Shown here piece after piece: positions 16,578-26,218 of a stretch of DNA of 37,082 nt. This stretch comes from a virus. The stretch lies in UHGV virus genome UHGV-0194485; one strand, given 5' to 3'. The notes under the pieces are model-generated. The model had not been told where the DNA came from, did no database searches, and saw nothing but the letters and a program-made list of their open reading frames with translations. The position numbers and the translations under genes are program-made. The stretch's first letter is position 1. Every line of letters begins with the position of its first letter.

Positions 16578-18281
16578 TCACAGGTCGAAGACAAAGGCCA
16601 GACGCGCCCCGAAGTCCGAGTTGGAGTAGGACAGGGAAGCGTACGCAGACAGGAAAGAGGGGCCGGCACTGCCATCCGACACATTGCCCGAAGCGCCCCC
16701 GACGCGACCGAGGTATGTTCCATTGGCCGACCATAGATAGTCGCACTGATACGTCGAACTCGATCCGCCGACGTTGTCTGGCATGCCCCACCATGGTCCC
16801 GTCGTTTTCGCGCCCTTCTGCCATCCCGAAATTGTGACGAAAGATGTGTTGACCTTGTTGTTCACATCATCCGTAGGCTTGGAGTTCTGTCCCGCATACA
16901 TCTTTCCCGAGATGTTGACGAAATCGTCGATGAACTCGAATTTGTATCCCCACGGGTTTTCGATCAGTGCCTTGACACTGTGCGAAGCGTCCGCACTCGC
17001 GGCGGTGCATCCTGCCCAGAGTCCCATCTTGTTGCATAGACCTTGGCCTGTCGATCCGTTGTACGGAAACCCGCCCTGTCCGATGGCACGTTGTCCGTTG
17101 AAATCCTTGGCTGCGAACAGGCATAGATGCCACCAATCTCTCCACTGATGGAAATTCCAAACCATCGCTTTCCCGTTTTTCACGGTGTTCGCAGCTGCAT
17201 AGTTGCGGAAGGTCGAACGGATGTATCCTCCGGACGATGCCTTGCCGGATAGGGACATCAGCTTGGAGCCGTTGACGTATCCCTCGTATACCCCGATCGC
17301 TTCGTACTCGTATGTGTGACCGTCGATGGTCGCTCCATAAGCCACTCCCGACTTCGCGGTATCTCCGATCGTCACGGAGTTGGATGCGCCTTTGCGATAT
17401 AGTGCAGGGAAGCAGAACATGGTGTTCTCGGTCGTGATGGCCGAGGATCCGCTCGCATCGATCCACTTCTTGGAGGTCACATTCCACACGGAGATCACCT
17501 GCGTCAGATCCTTCGGATTGAGGCGCTGATGGAGGTTTCCTGCAGAATCGAATGTCGCGTAGAAGCATTTGTTCAGATACGGGTTGGATGATGATCCATC
17601 CTCATTCATGTCCCATGAGCCGACGGTCTGACACGCTCCCAATGCGCTCGGAGGCGAACCGACCGGCGTGAAACCTGCACAATCGCCGGAGTAGGTCAAA
17701 CAACCCTTGGGGTCCGTCGCGAACGTGGACGCGTTGAATGCCATGCTGAACACGATCGATTTTCCGACCGTGATGCTTTGAATCAGACGGTCGATCGTGA
17801 CAGTGGCCGAGGCGCCGTTTGCCGTGAATGTCCAGACGGAGCCGGTGGCCAATCCGCTGAATTGGGCCAATCCGTTGCTGTCCGCGACGACCGACATGGA
17901 GTTGGACCCGGAGGTTCCGGTGACCGTCGTTCCTGCTTCGGTGTAGACTTGCACCACCGTCTTGATGTCCGGATACTGGAAAAGGTCGAAGTAGACCCAT
18001 ACGACGCCCGTCGATGTCGCGGCGACTGTCTGCGGATCGTCGTTGTAGTAGCTGCCCTGGTGCGTCAACGTGACCGTATAGGTCAATCCCGAGTCCACGA
18101 GCAGGTCAGCTCTTCCGGTGCTGTCCGCCGTGGCCGTGAAACTCTTTCCGGTCGCGGTGACCGTCCACGATGCCGTCCCCAGATTGAGGCGGTCGATGGT
18201 GTTGATCGACAGATGTAGCAAACATTTCCCGGCGGGGACGGTCTTGTTGCCGCCCCCATAGAACGCTCCGACGATTGTCAT
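16578..18281 (-). CDS. DGR target: tail fibre / receptor-binding protein with C-terminal CLec-like (FGE/Mtd-type) domain
   Basis: 567 aa from ATG 18281. Beta-rich N-terminal half. IENPWGYKFEFID and terminal GARLAF motifs. Confidence 0.9.
   Translation of the reverse strand: MTIVGAFYGGGNKTVPAGKCLLHLSINTIDRLNLGTASWTVTATGKSFTATADSTGRADLLVDSGLTYTVTLTHQGSYYNDDPQTVAATSTGVVWVYFDLFQYPDIKTVVQVYTEAGTTVTGTSGSNSMSVVADSNGLAQFSGLATGSVWTFTANGASATVTIDRLIQSITVGKSIVFSMAFNASTFATDPKGCLTYSGDCAGFTPVGSPPSALGACQTVGSWDMNEDGSSSNPYLNKCFYATFDSAGNLHQRLNPKDLTQVISVWNVTSKKWIDASGSSAITTENTMFCFPALYRKGASNSVTIGDTAKSGVAYGATIDGHTYEYEAIGVYEGYVNGSKLMSLSGKASSGGYIRSTFRNYAAANTVKNGKAMVWNFHQWRDWWHLCLFAAKDFNGQRAIGQGGFPYNGSTGQGLCNKMGLWAGCTAASADASHSVKALIENPWGYKFEFIDDFVNISGKMYAGQNSKPTDDVNNKVNTSFVTISGWQKGAKTTGPWWGMPDNVGGSSSTYQCDYLWSANGTYLGRVGGASGNVSDGSAGPSFLSAYASLSYSNSDFGARLAFVFDL
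16592..16713 (-). repeat. DGR variable repeat (VR)
   Basis: 105/122 identical to TR, and all 17 differences are at TR adenines. Located at the 3' end of the tail-fibre gene. Confidence 0.97.
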
Positions 18282-18511
18282 TCGACGACCTCCGTCCAGT
18301 CGTCCATGAGCATGTCCGTTTGGCTGGCCAACCAGGGAACCAATTCGCCCCCGACGGTCCTCATATAGATGAACGGCAGGAACGGCGTACCGTCCTCCGA
18401 CTCGACGCCGGGTTGGAGGCTGATCCACATCCTCTTTCCGTTCCATCCGTCTCTCGCGTATCTTTTCTCCGGAGTCTTCTTCAGACTCTCTAAAACCTCT
18501 CCGAAATTCAT
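18278..18511 (-). CDS. DUF2829 / Tad2-like anti-defence sponge protein
   Basis: MNFGEVLESLK...ARDGWNGKRMWI...PFIYMRT...VPWLASQTDMLMDDW. Confidence 0.82.
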   Translation of the reverse strand: MNFGEVLESLKKTPEKRYARDGWNGKRMWISLQPGVESEDGTPFLPFIYMRTVGGELVPWLASQTDMLMDDWTEVVE

Positions 18512-18672
18512 TCGTTCTCCTCCTCATATGACGGAACGTCCGTCGGAAGGCGTTTCTTCACGTCGCGGAGCGCTCTCGCGTAACCGCGCCAGTACTCGGT
18601 GTCGGTCTCCCCGACCTCCGCCTCCATCCTCTCGATGGTGCGTCTCACGACCTCGATGGGTCCGGATGCCAT
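18508..18672 (-). CDS. hypothetical protein
   Basis: 54 aa, starts MASGPIEVV, with coupled overlaps. Confidence 0.55.
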   Translation of the reverse strand: MASGPIEVVRRTIERMEAEVGETDTEYWRGYARALRDVKKRLPTDVPSYEEENE

Positions 18673-19559
18673 CACTCGGCCTCCGACGTCTCCCACATGA
18701 CCGCGGGATCGAGGTCGATGGTCGGCTTGGATTCGATGGCCCGGACCGTGATGGTCTTGCCGTTGATCGCGGAGACGCTGATGATGGCGTTGGCCATCTC
18801 CAACACCTGCGCGTCGCTCATGCCCTCGTGGGCGCCGATGACCGCATTGACAGGCACGGTGGTCAGCGTGGCGGTCTGCGTCCACGGCCCCGACCCTTGC
18901 CAGCCGGATGCGGGCAGATTGATCACCTGATGCAGATGGAATCCCCCTATTGACAGTCTGATCGGCAGATCCTCGTCGGGCTTGACTGACAATGCCCAGA
19001 TGCGGATGTGCCGGTCGGAAACGATTTGCGGCTTGAGGGTCGCGTCGTATTCGGCGACCCTCTGCTCCAGTGTTGCGATGTGGGCGACGTAGGCCAGCAC
19101 ATCGGTGTCGGTCATGATCCCGGGGGTCACGAGGTCGTGATAGTACGGCCCCGTTCCCTTCCACGCATCCGCGAATAGAGTCGCGGAGTATGTGACGAGG
19201 ATCTTTCCTGCCGGGATCCTCTCTCCGATTCCCCCCATCGCGGTGTAGAGCGTCCAGAAATTCGACTCCCACCTCTCGAAATCCGCGAAGGAGACGGTGC
19301 GATTGTAGCCCCACGCCTCCTCGATCCGGATGGCGACTCCGATCTTGGAGGCGACCGCCGCCAGAAGGTTCTCCAGCTTCTGCGCCTCGTCGTAGCGGAA
19401 CTGGTGCTTGCGCTGGACCTCGATGAACTCGACGTTCGGGACCTCCGCCTCGGTCGCCAGGGTGTTGGCGTTGAACTCCACGCGGTTCATGTCGAGCCAT
19501 GTGAAATATTCGTTCGGGTCCCCGTCCCATATCTTGCACATCAGATGCGGGAGTGTCAT
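18672..19559 (-). CDS. tail/baseplate-associated protein
   Basis: Two W.G.GP[YW] repeat domains, located in the tail module. Confidence 0.7.
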   Translation of the reverse strand: MTLPHLMCKIWDGDPNEYFTWLDMNRVEFNANTLATEAEVPNVEFIEVQRKHQFRYDEAQKLENLLAAVASKIGVAIRIEEAWGYNRTVSFADFERWESNFWTLYTAMGGIGERIPAGKILVTYSATLFADAWKGTGPYYHDLVTPGIMTDTDVLAYVAHIATLEQRVAEYDATLKPQIVSDRHIRIWALSVKPDEDLPIRLSIGGFHLHQVINLPASGWQGSGPWTQTATLTTVPVNAVIGAHEGMSDAQVLEMANAIISVSAINGKTITVRAIESKPTIDLDPAVMWETSEAE

Positions 19560-20173
19560 AGCGCAGCCACCCCGATGGTCACGGCGGTCGACGGCTTGGC
19601 CAGCATCGCGCGGATCGTCACGGTCGCACCGCTGACGGCGGACACGTGCATGCCGCAGTCAGACACGGCCTTGGCGGACGCGTTGTCGCTCCCGCTGACC
19701 TGTCCGCACATGGCGGTCCTGACTGTCTTGCCCATCCCCACCTGTGCGGTCCACGGCCCGCTTCCGGTCCAGGATCCTGCGGAGATGGTGACGGTCTTGA
19801 GCGTCGGGAGCGGTCCCGTGATGATGCGCAGGACGAGGTTCACGGTCGGCTTGATCCCCAACGCAGTGAACTTCACACGTCCGGCCTGGACGACCTCCGC
19901 ACGGATGACGGCATTGAACTCCTCCACGCGAGCATCCACGCTCATGGTGTGGTCGCCGTATACCAGGAGGTCGTCCGTCGGCGTAATGTCGCTAGCCACC
20001 GCCAGCGTCTGTGTGTACGGCCCCGTCCCCGACCATGCGGAGGCGGACAGGGTGTACTGGCGCGAGACGATCTCCTTGAGTCCCACGCTCACGAGGCACG
20101 ACTGCCCCGTGGTCGCAGGATTGGGCGATAGACGGATCGCAGTGATGACCGCTCCTGTGATGTCCGCGCTCAT
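19556..20173 (-). CDS. tail/baseplate-associated protein
   Basis: Starts MSADITG at ATG 20173. Two W.G.GP[YW]T repeats. Confidence 0.7.
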   Translation of the reverse strand: MSADITGAVITAIRLSPNPATTGQSCLVSVGLKEIVSRQYTLSASAWSGTGPYTQTLAVASDITPTDDLLVYGDHTMSVDARVEEFNAVIRAEVVQAGRVKFTALGIKPTVNLVLRIITGPLPTLKTVTISAGSWTGSGPWTAQVGMGKTVRTAMCGQVSGSDNASAKAVSDCGMHVSAVSGATVTIRAMLAKPSTAVTIGVAAL

Positions 20174-20454
20174 ACTCCGATTTCCTCGACGCTGATCAGA
20201 TGCGGGGTCTTGTACCGATCCAATCCCATGGACCATGACACCTCGATGGTGCTGATCCCGACGGTCGTCGCGTTGAAACGGAACCGCCCGGTCTTGCCGT
20301 CCGCGTCGATGCTCATGGTCCCCGCTTGCACGGTGGCGCCGTCCTGCGCCAGGATGCGGTAGGACGCTTCGTCGACCTTGCGGTCGGGGTCCTTCGGGTC
20401 GGAGAACTCGAAGACCAACTCGAAACTCTCGTCGATGTAGGCGTGTTGCATCAA
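20170..20454 (-). CDS. small beta-rich tail-module protein
   Basis: 94-aa ORF with coupled overlaps. Confidence 0.65.
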   Translation of the reverse strand: MMQHAYIDESFELVFEFSDPKDPDRKVDEASYRILAQDGATVQAGTMSIDADGKTGRFRFNATTVGISTIEVSWSMGLDRYKTPHLISVEEIGV

Positions 20455-20831
20455 GCCTCACCTGCCAGTGGACACACATGCGGACGGAGGACGCACGTTG
20501 GACGGGCCGTGATGTCGACGGCATCCGCGCAGGAGCGGCACATGGTCGTCTCCGGCTTGGGGATGGTCATCGTCGCGGTCGGATGGCCGGACGCCAGCAT
20601 GATGCAGTCGCATCCGGTCGTCAGCCACCGCCAGCATTTGATGGACCCTCTGTCGAGCGTGATCAATGCCGCGCGATAACCCACGTTGCCGTACTCGTCC
20701 TGCGCCCAGAACTCGCAGACCAGCGCCCCCGACGCCCCAGCGGGCATCGGGAAGCACCAGTCGTCTCCGTCGTGCGTCAGGGGGAGGACATCCGTTCCCT
20801 GGACCCTCCCCCACACATCCGTCACAGTCAT
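20451..20831 (-). CDS. small Ig-like tail-module protein
   Basis: VWGRVQG...EFWAQDEYGNVGY motif. Confidence 0.65.
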   Translation of the reverse strand: MTVTDVWGRVQGTDVLPLTHDGDDWCFPMPAGASGALVCEFWAQDEYGNVGYRAALITLDRGSIKCWRWLTTGCDCIMLASGHPTATMTIPKPETTMCRSCADAVDITARPTCVLRPHVCPLAGEA

Positions 20832-20833
20832 GG

Positions 20834-21778
20834 TCAGTCTGTGGCCGTCACCTTGATCACGTAGGTCTTACCGCCGTCCACGGGGTTCGGCGCGAGTTCG
20901 ATCTTGGTGATGACAGGTGCTCCGGTATCGACGGTGACGGTCCTCGTGACGGTCGAGACCTTGCCGGCGGAATCGGTCGCCGTGACGGTGATGGTGTTCG
21001 CACCCTCGGACAGATCCACGACTTGTGAGAACGCTCCGCCCTCTCCGACGGCCGGGTTGTAGGTCTTTCCACCGCAGGAGATCACGACCTCGACAGGCGA
21101 GGACGTGACATCGTTGGTCTTTCCGGTGACGGTCACGGTCGAGGCGTTGGTCTTGAGACCGTCGGCAGGAGCCGTGATGTTGAGGGTGGGCGGAACGGTA
21201 TCGACCGTGAACGTCGAGGACACGGCATCGGACTGATTGCCGTCGTAGTCGAAACCGTAGACCTGGACGGTGTGCTGTCCTTCGGACAGGGCTGCGGTCG
21301 GCGTGTAGGTGCAGGTGGCGGTGTTGCCGGAGACGCTGACGGCGGAGGCAGGCAGGGCCGTCGCATCGCCGGAGTCGATCTTGATGTAGCACTTGGCGGG
21401 GTTGACTCCCGAGCCGGCATCCGTGACCGTGAAGATGATCGACGGCTTGCTGTTGGTGATGTAGGACCCGGTTCCGGGCGAGGTGATCGCAGCTGTCGGC
21501 TTGGTCTTCTCCAATACCTTGAGTTTGAGGACGTTCCCCCACGTTGCGTCGGAGGTGTCCACGGTGGTAGTGTTCCCTGCGTCGTCGGTGACCTTGACGA
21601 CACCGGGATAATAGCCCTTGCCTTTGGCGTTGGCGCCGACTCCGGGGCCGTTTCCGGCGTTATTGCTGCCGGATGTGGCCGTCGGAGCCGTGACGGTCGC
21701 AGAATAGACGCCGTCGGACCCTTTTGTGAGGGTGACGGTCTCGCCGTTGATGGCGAACGTGACGGTTTTTATCGTCAT
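20834..21778 (-). CDS. multi Ig-like domain virion protein
   Basis: Repeated VTDDAGN / DYDGNQS / ATDSAGK and VDTVPP / VDTGAP Ig-like motifs. Confidence 0.82.
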   Translation of the reverse strand: MTIKTVTFAINGETVTLTKGSDGVYSATVTAPTATSGSNNAGNGPGVGANAKGKGYYPGVVKVTDDAGNTTTVDTSDATWGNVLKLKVLEKTKPTAAITSPGTGSYITNSKPSIIFTVTDAGSGVNPAKCYIKIDSGDATALPASAVSVSGNTATCTYTPTAALSEGQHTVQVYGFDYDGNQSDAVSSTFTVDTVPPTLNITAPADGLKTNASTVTVTGKTNDVTSSPVEVVISCGGKTYNPAVGEGGAFSQVVDLSEGANTITVTATDSAGKVSTVTRTVTVDTGAPVITKIELAPNPVDGGKTYVIKVTATD

Positions 21779-21798
21779 GCCTGAAAAGACGAGAGACA

Positions 21799-21818
21799 GG
21801 GTATAAAAACGAAATTCG
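21799..21818 (-). promoter_or_regulatory. late-promoter motif (TATA 24 nt before ATG 21778; leaderless)
   Basis: Minus strand CGAATTTCGTTTTTATACCC. Confidence 0.75.
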
Positions 21819-21853
21819 TAGGGAAGTGGTTTGGAAGGGGTTTGGAGGTATGA

Positions 21854-22327
21854 TCAGATCGTGATGGACGTGTCGCGCTCCAGTTTGGGAGGGTCGTTCG
21901 TCCAGGTGTACTCCTGGGAGATCGTGATGTCGTCCAGAGTCGCATCGGCGGGGATCTCAAAGAGCTCCACGCTTCCGCCGTGTCCTCCGACCGCGACGGT
22001 GATCAGCTGGTAGCCGGGATGGAGCATGCCGTCGGATGTGCTGGAGTAGGTTAGGCCGTTGTATGTGGCCTTCCAAACCCAGATCCAATCGTTGGTCGTG
22101 ATGCCGTCCTCATATGAGTCGTTATAGACCATGTACTCCAGGACGAGGAATTGCATCCCTTCGTCCGCTTTGTACTCCAAACCGCTGGAGGAGGTGAAAC
22201 CATCCGCCAGGCTCAACTCGTAGTTGTAGCGTGCTTCCGGTTCGGAGCTGCCGCCGAGCGCAAGAGCAGCGATGGCAATGATGGCGATCGCGACGACCGC
22301 CCCGATGATGACCTTCTTAGAGACCAT
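21854..22327 (-). CDS. membrane-anchored exported protein (DUF4352-like moron)
   Basis: N-terminal KK plus TM helix, beta-rich ectodomain, own TTTAAG box about 24 nt upstream. Confidence 0.7.
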   Translation of the reverse strand: MVSKKVIIGAVVAIAIIAIAALALGGSSEPEARYNYELSLADGFTSSSGLEYKADEGMQFLVLEYMVYNDSYEDGITTNDWIWVWKATYNGLTYSSTSDGMLHPGYQLITVAVGGHGGSVELFEIPADATLDDITISQEYTWTNDPPKLERDTSITI

Positions 22328-22465
22328 GCGAAAGGATTCCCCTTTTGAGTCTTAAATATGATGTTCCGAGATGTGTTGATTCAATACTTTATACCACGAC
22401 GGCGATGCGGATGCACCGTCCGGAGAGGCCGGCGGACGGCGATCAGCGCTTAGAGACCTCCGGCC

Positions 22466-24025
22466 TCAATCCGTGCTTCTCATGACCGCCCTGTACGAAC
22501 CATCGTAGGTCTCCTCGATGTAGACCGCCTTGTAGGCGATGGGTTCGTCCTGCGTCCACCTCCCCGGGATCTGCACCGTGTCGCCCAGGTCCATGGCGGG
22601 GTCGCCGCGCCACTCCGTCTCGACCTCCTGCGCGGAGATCCTGCCGACCAGCCTCTGCATGACGGCCGTCGCGCGGGACTGCGACGCAATGAGCGGGTTG
22701 CCGGTGATCTGGAGGACGTTCTTGCCCTCGGACGGGTCGGTGCGGAGATCGGTGCTGACGTAGAGAGTCTGCGTCGCGCCGTTCTCGGTGACGGCGTAGC
22801 CGATCTGGACGAAATTGTATCTCGTCGCCTGCATAGGGGCGGGCCACGAGTAGACGGTCGCCACCGGCATCGCGCCGTAGGTGTCCGCAGGCCATGTCCG
22901 CGTGACGCGGATGGACCCTGCCCTATCGGGGATGCAGTAGACGGCGTAGGCCTGCTCGATGGTCAGGAGGTCATCCGCTACCGAGGACCTGTCGTCAAAC
23001 GTGTAGGCTCCGTCGGGCATGACCTCGAACAGTTCCGTGTCCACGATGTGGGGCACGGCGTACTCCGTCAGGAGGTCGTCCAGCGTCTTGCCGAGCGACT
23101 GCCCCGACGGCATCGTCCACGACGTGTAGACGGTCGAGAGCATCCATCTGGCGTCGAACGCCGTCAGGTCCAGGCGCGTCTCCGACGACGACCGCTCACC
23201 GATGAAGAACCGCCCGCATCTGACGGAGTGGCGCTGGCCGTTTCCGGACCGGACCGTGAATCCGAGGTCCAGCGGGTATCCTATGGCCAGCTCCCCGAAT
23301 CTCCCTGCGGGGTTGTCGGGGTCGTAGTCGCCGTAGACGTTGAGGACGGACAGGTCCAGCTCGTGCATCGGCGCCGAGAGCTCCACGGGATCCATCTCGC
23401 GGATGACCGTGACCTCTCCCCCGAGCTCCGATTTGGACAGCGAGATGGACGCCCCGAACTCGCACTCGACGATGCGCGCATGGCGGTAGGGCGCGTTGAG
23501 CGAGACCACCGTGACCTCGATGGACGTGTAGGTCATGGCGTCGGAGATCTCGATGTAGCCGGCATGGCACGAGAACGCCTTGGTCGTCCGCGTGTCGCCG
23601 TTGATGAAGATCGCCGACGCGGACAGGACGTCGGGTCCTGCGGTGTAGATGCGGAACGCCGAGGTGTGCGCCTGCGAGAGCGTCAGGACGAACGTGAAGC
23701 CGATGGCTCCAGACTCGTCGCTGATGCCGTCCGACCATATGCCCGCCTCGGGCGGGTACGCCGTGGCGGTGAGCGGAGGGGCGATCATCCCCGCCGACAC
23801 CGCCGTGGGGATGCCGTAGCCCTCGAATGTTGTCAGGCCGTCCGTCATGTAATAGACGGCATCCGTGACCTGATCCGTGTTGCTCATGGGCAGGAACGTG
23901 CCGGTGACGGATGTGAGGTCGTCCGCCGCCGTGATGTCGATGCCGGTGCCGATGGAGATGAACACGTCCACCGTGCGGTCCGCCGCGCTGACGGCATCTG
24001 AGTAGCCGTCGGGCATGTCCTGCAT
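22466..24025 (-). CDS. baseplate hub / tail tip protein
   Basis: 519 aa after Dit. C-terminal WRGDPAMDLGD motif. Confidence 0.75.
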   Translation of the reverse strand: MQDMPDGYSDAVSAADRTVDVFISIGTGIDITAADDLTSVTGTFLPMSNTDQVTDAVYYMTDGLTTFEGYGIPTAVSAGMIAPPLTATAYPPEAGIWSDGISDESGAIGFTFVLTLSQAHTSAFRIYTAGPDVLSASAIFINGDTRTTKAFSCHAGYIEISDAMTYTSIEVTVVSLNAPYRHARIVECEFGASISLSKSELGGEVTVIREMDPVELSAPMHELDLSVLNVYGDYDPDNPAGRFGELAIGYPLDLGFTVRSGNGQRHSVRCGRFFIGERSSSETRLDLTAFDARWMLSTVYTSWTMPSGQSLGKTLDDLLTEYAVPHIVDTELFEVMPDGAYTFDDRSSVADDLLTIEQAYAVYCIPDRAGSIRVTRTWPADTYGAMPVATVYSWPAPMQATRYNFVQIGYAVTENGATQTLYVSTDLRTDPSEGKNVLQITGNPLIASQSRATAVMQRLVGRISAQEVETEWRGDPAMDLGDTVQIPGRWTQDEPIAYKAVYIEETYDGSYRAVMRSTD

Positions 24026-24026
24026 G

Positions 24027-24401
24027 TCAGGCCTCCACGAACTCGAACACGACGTCGTAGTACTGGAACGTGGTGCCCTCGAACCTGCCGTAGCCTTTGA
24101 TCTCCGGCGAGGATCCGCGGTAGAACGTGCCGTACTTGACGGTGTCGTCGAAGATGTCGAGGTACCGCATCGAGAACGTGTTGGCCGATGTGGCGCTGAC
24201 GACGGCGTTCTTCTCCTTCGCCGTCAGGCCGTGCCATTCCGCCTTGATGTTCGTCTTGACGGTGATGCGCTCCTTGATGAGGTTGCCGAGGGTGTTCCTG
24301 TCGGCCTTGGACAGCTCCTCGGGGACGGAGGTGTAGGCCATGTAGGCCGGGTCCGGGAACTCGATGTAGGAGCCGGTGGAGTTGGCTGCGAGGACGCTCA
24401 T
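24027..24401 (-). CDS. distal tail (Dit-like) protein
   Basis: Position directly after the tape measure; ADRNTLGNLIKERI...FEFVE pattern. Confidence 0.7.
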   Translation of the reverse strand: MSVLAANSTGSYIEFPDPAYMAYTSVPEELSKADRNTLGNLIKERITVKTNIKAEWHGLTAKEKNAVVSATSANTFSMRYLDIFDDTVKYGTFYRGSSPEIKGYGRFEGTTFQYYDVVFEFVEA

Positions 24402-26218
24402 GCCCTCGACCCCCTGCGCCTGGATTCGGTCTGGAGCGGGTCGTACACCGCCCTGGCGATCTTGCGCCCGTCGAGATTGACGACCAGCTCGATGGGTCCT
24501 GACGACTGCCTGCCGGCCCCGCCCATCTCGGAGATGGCGGACTTGACCGCGTCTTTCATCAGGCTCACAGGAGAGACGACCTCGTACTCGCGGGTGTTGT
24601 CGCCGAGGATGTAGGGCATCGGGTTGTTGGGTGCAACCGCTCCTCCGGATGCGAGGCCGAGCGCGCCCTTGATCTTGGAGACGGCTTTGCCCGGCAAGGA
24701 TGTTATGCCTCCGACAGGGTCCTCCACGAAGGATGTGACACCTCCAACGAGGCCGTCCTTCAACTCACGGACATTGGATATCATATCCTCGATCTTGCCC
24801 AGGACCTTATCCACGATCTTCTTGATCTTGTCCCATACGGCCTTGATAGGGTCCATGATATGGTCCTTGAACTTCTGGCCTGCCGTCTGGATGACTCCCC
24901 ATACGGTCTCGGCGATGGTCTGGATTCCTTTCCAGACGTTCGTGGCGAATCCCGATATCCCTCCCCATACGGTCTGCGCGACGCTCTGGATGGTCGTCCA
25001 GACCGTGGTGGCGACACCAGAGATGGTGGTCCACACTGTTGAGCCCACCCCTTGCAGAGTGGACCATACCGTGGAGCCAACGGATTGGATAGTGGTCCAT
25101 ACGGTCTGCGCGACGCTCTGGATGGTCGTCCAGACCGTGGTTCCGACACCCTGGAGGGTCGTCCATACCGTGGAGCCAACGGATTGGATAGTGGTCCATG
25201 TGTCCCCTCCGAATTTCGTGAGGGTGCCCCAGACGCTTCCTCCGATGGATTGGATGGTCGTCCATGTGTCCCCTCCGAATTTCGTGATCTTGCTCCACGC
25301 TTCGCCGCCCCACTTGCAGACGTTTTCAAAGACCCTTTTGATTTTGTCCTTGATGCCCGTCAGGGAGAAATTGTCGAGGAAAGCGCGGATCTCCTGCCCG
25401 ATCTCCTCCCCGAGCTTGGAAGCGCCCTCCATGCCGTCCTTGAGCTTGTCGGCCTGCTCCGTATCGCCGGATTTGGATGTGTCGAGGGTGTTGAGCTTGT
25501 CGAAGCCTGCCAGTCCTGCGGATGTGGCCTCGACGACCTCGCCCATCGAGTCCGCGGTGTCCTTCGCCGACTCGGAGGATGACTTGAAGACATCCCCGAA
25601 ACCGAGGAATCCCGCCAACGCATTGATGCCCTGCTTTATCCAGCTGATGATCTGCTTGACGGCATCGATGATAGGCTGGATGACTCCCTTGATGACTCCC
25701 CAGAGGAATGACCGGAGAAGACGGATCTTCTCCAGGATCCATGTGATGCCGTCCACGACCTTGGAGACGACCGTCATGATGCCGTTGACCAGCGGAGCCG
25801 TGAAGGATCCGATGGTCGTCTTCAGCTTCTTGACGCTCTTCTGCATCTGCCCCGCAGCCTTGGAGTAGCCCTGTGGGTCGAACATCCTGGCGGTGTCACT
25901 GGCGAACTGCCATGCCACCTTGGCGGCCTTGGCCGCGATGGCTGCAAGCGCTCCGATAACGCCGAGTTTGAAGAGTTTAGCCGCGCCGGAGGATTTGCCG
26001 AAAGCTCCATCTATCTTGCTGGAGGACTCCTGCCATGTGTCGGACAGCTTCTTGAATGTCGGCGAGATGGAGGACAGCTTGGAGTTGAGCTGCCCCCATT
26101 TGGACTGCGACTTCTCCGACTTGTCGGCGGTCTGATCGAGTTTCTTGTCGACCGTGTCCATGTCCTTCTCGAAGGACTTGGTATCGGCCGTGACCTTGAT
26201 CTTGATCTCATCTGCCAT
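24398..26218 (-). CDS. tape measure protein
   Basis: 606 aa, helical, with 11-aa Trp-spaced repeats (VWTTIQSVAQT). C-terminal LASGGAV and VNLDGRKIA. Confidence 0.9.
   Translation of the reverse strand: MADEIKIKVTADTKSFEKDMDTVDKKLDQTADKSEKSQSKWGQLNSKLSSISPTFKKLSDTWQESSSKIDGAFGKSSGAAKLFKLGVIGALAAIAAKAAKVAWQFASDTARMFDPQGYSKAAGQMQKSVKKLKTTIGSFTAPLVNGIMTVVSKVVDGITWILEKIRLLRSFLWGVIKGVIQPIIDAVKQIISWIKQGINALAGFLGFGDVFKSSSESAKDTADSMGEVVEATSAGLAGFDKLNTLDTSKSGDTEQADKLKDGMEGASKLGEEIGQEIRAFLDNFSLTGIKDKIKRVFENVCKWGGEAWSKITKFGGDTWTTIQSIGGSVWGTLTKFGGDTWTTIQSVGSTVWTTLQGVGTTVWTTIQSVAQTVWTTIQSVGSTVWSTLQGVGSTVWTTISGVATTVWTTIQSVAQTVWGGISGFATNVWKGIQTIAETVWGVIQTAGQKFKDHIMDPIKAVWDKIKKIVDKVLGKIEDMISNVRELKDGLVGGVTSFVEDPVGGITSLPGKAVSKIKGALGLASGGAVAPNNPMPYILGDNTREYEVVSPVSLMKDAVKSAISEMGGAGRQSSGPIELVVNLDGRKIARAVYDPLQTESRRRGSRA

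Noticed and set aside
24880..25290. Regularly spaced DNA repeats as a CRISPR-like array or second TR/VR pair
   Set aside because: They encode the 11-aa repeats of the tape measure protein and show no adenine-specific pattern.
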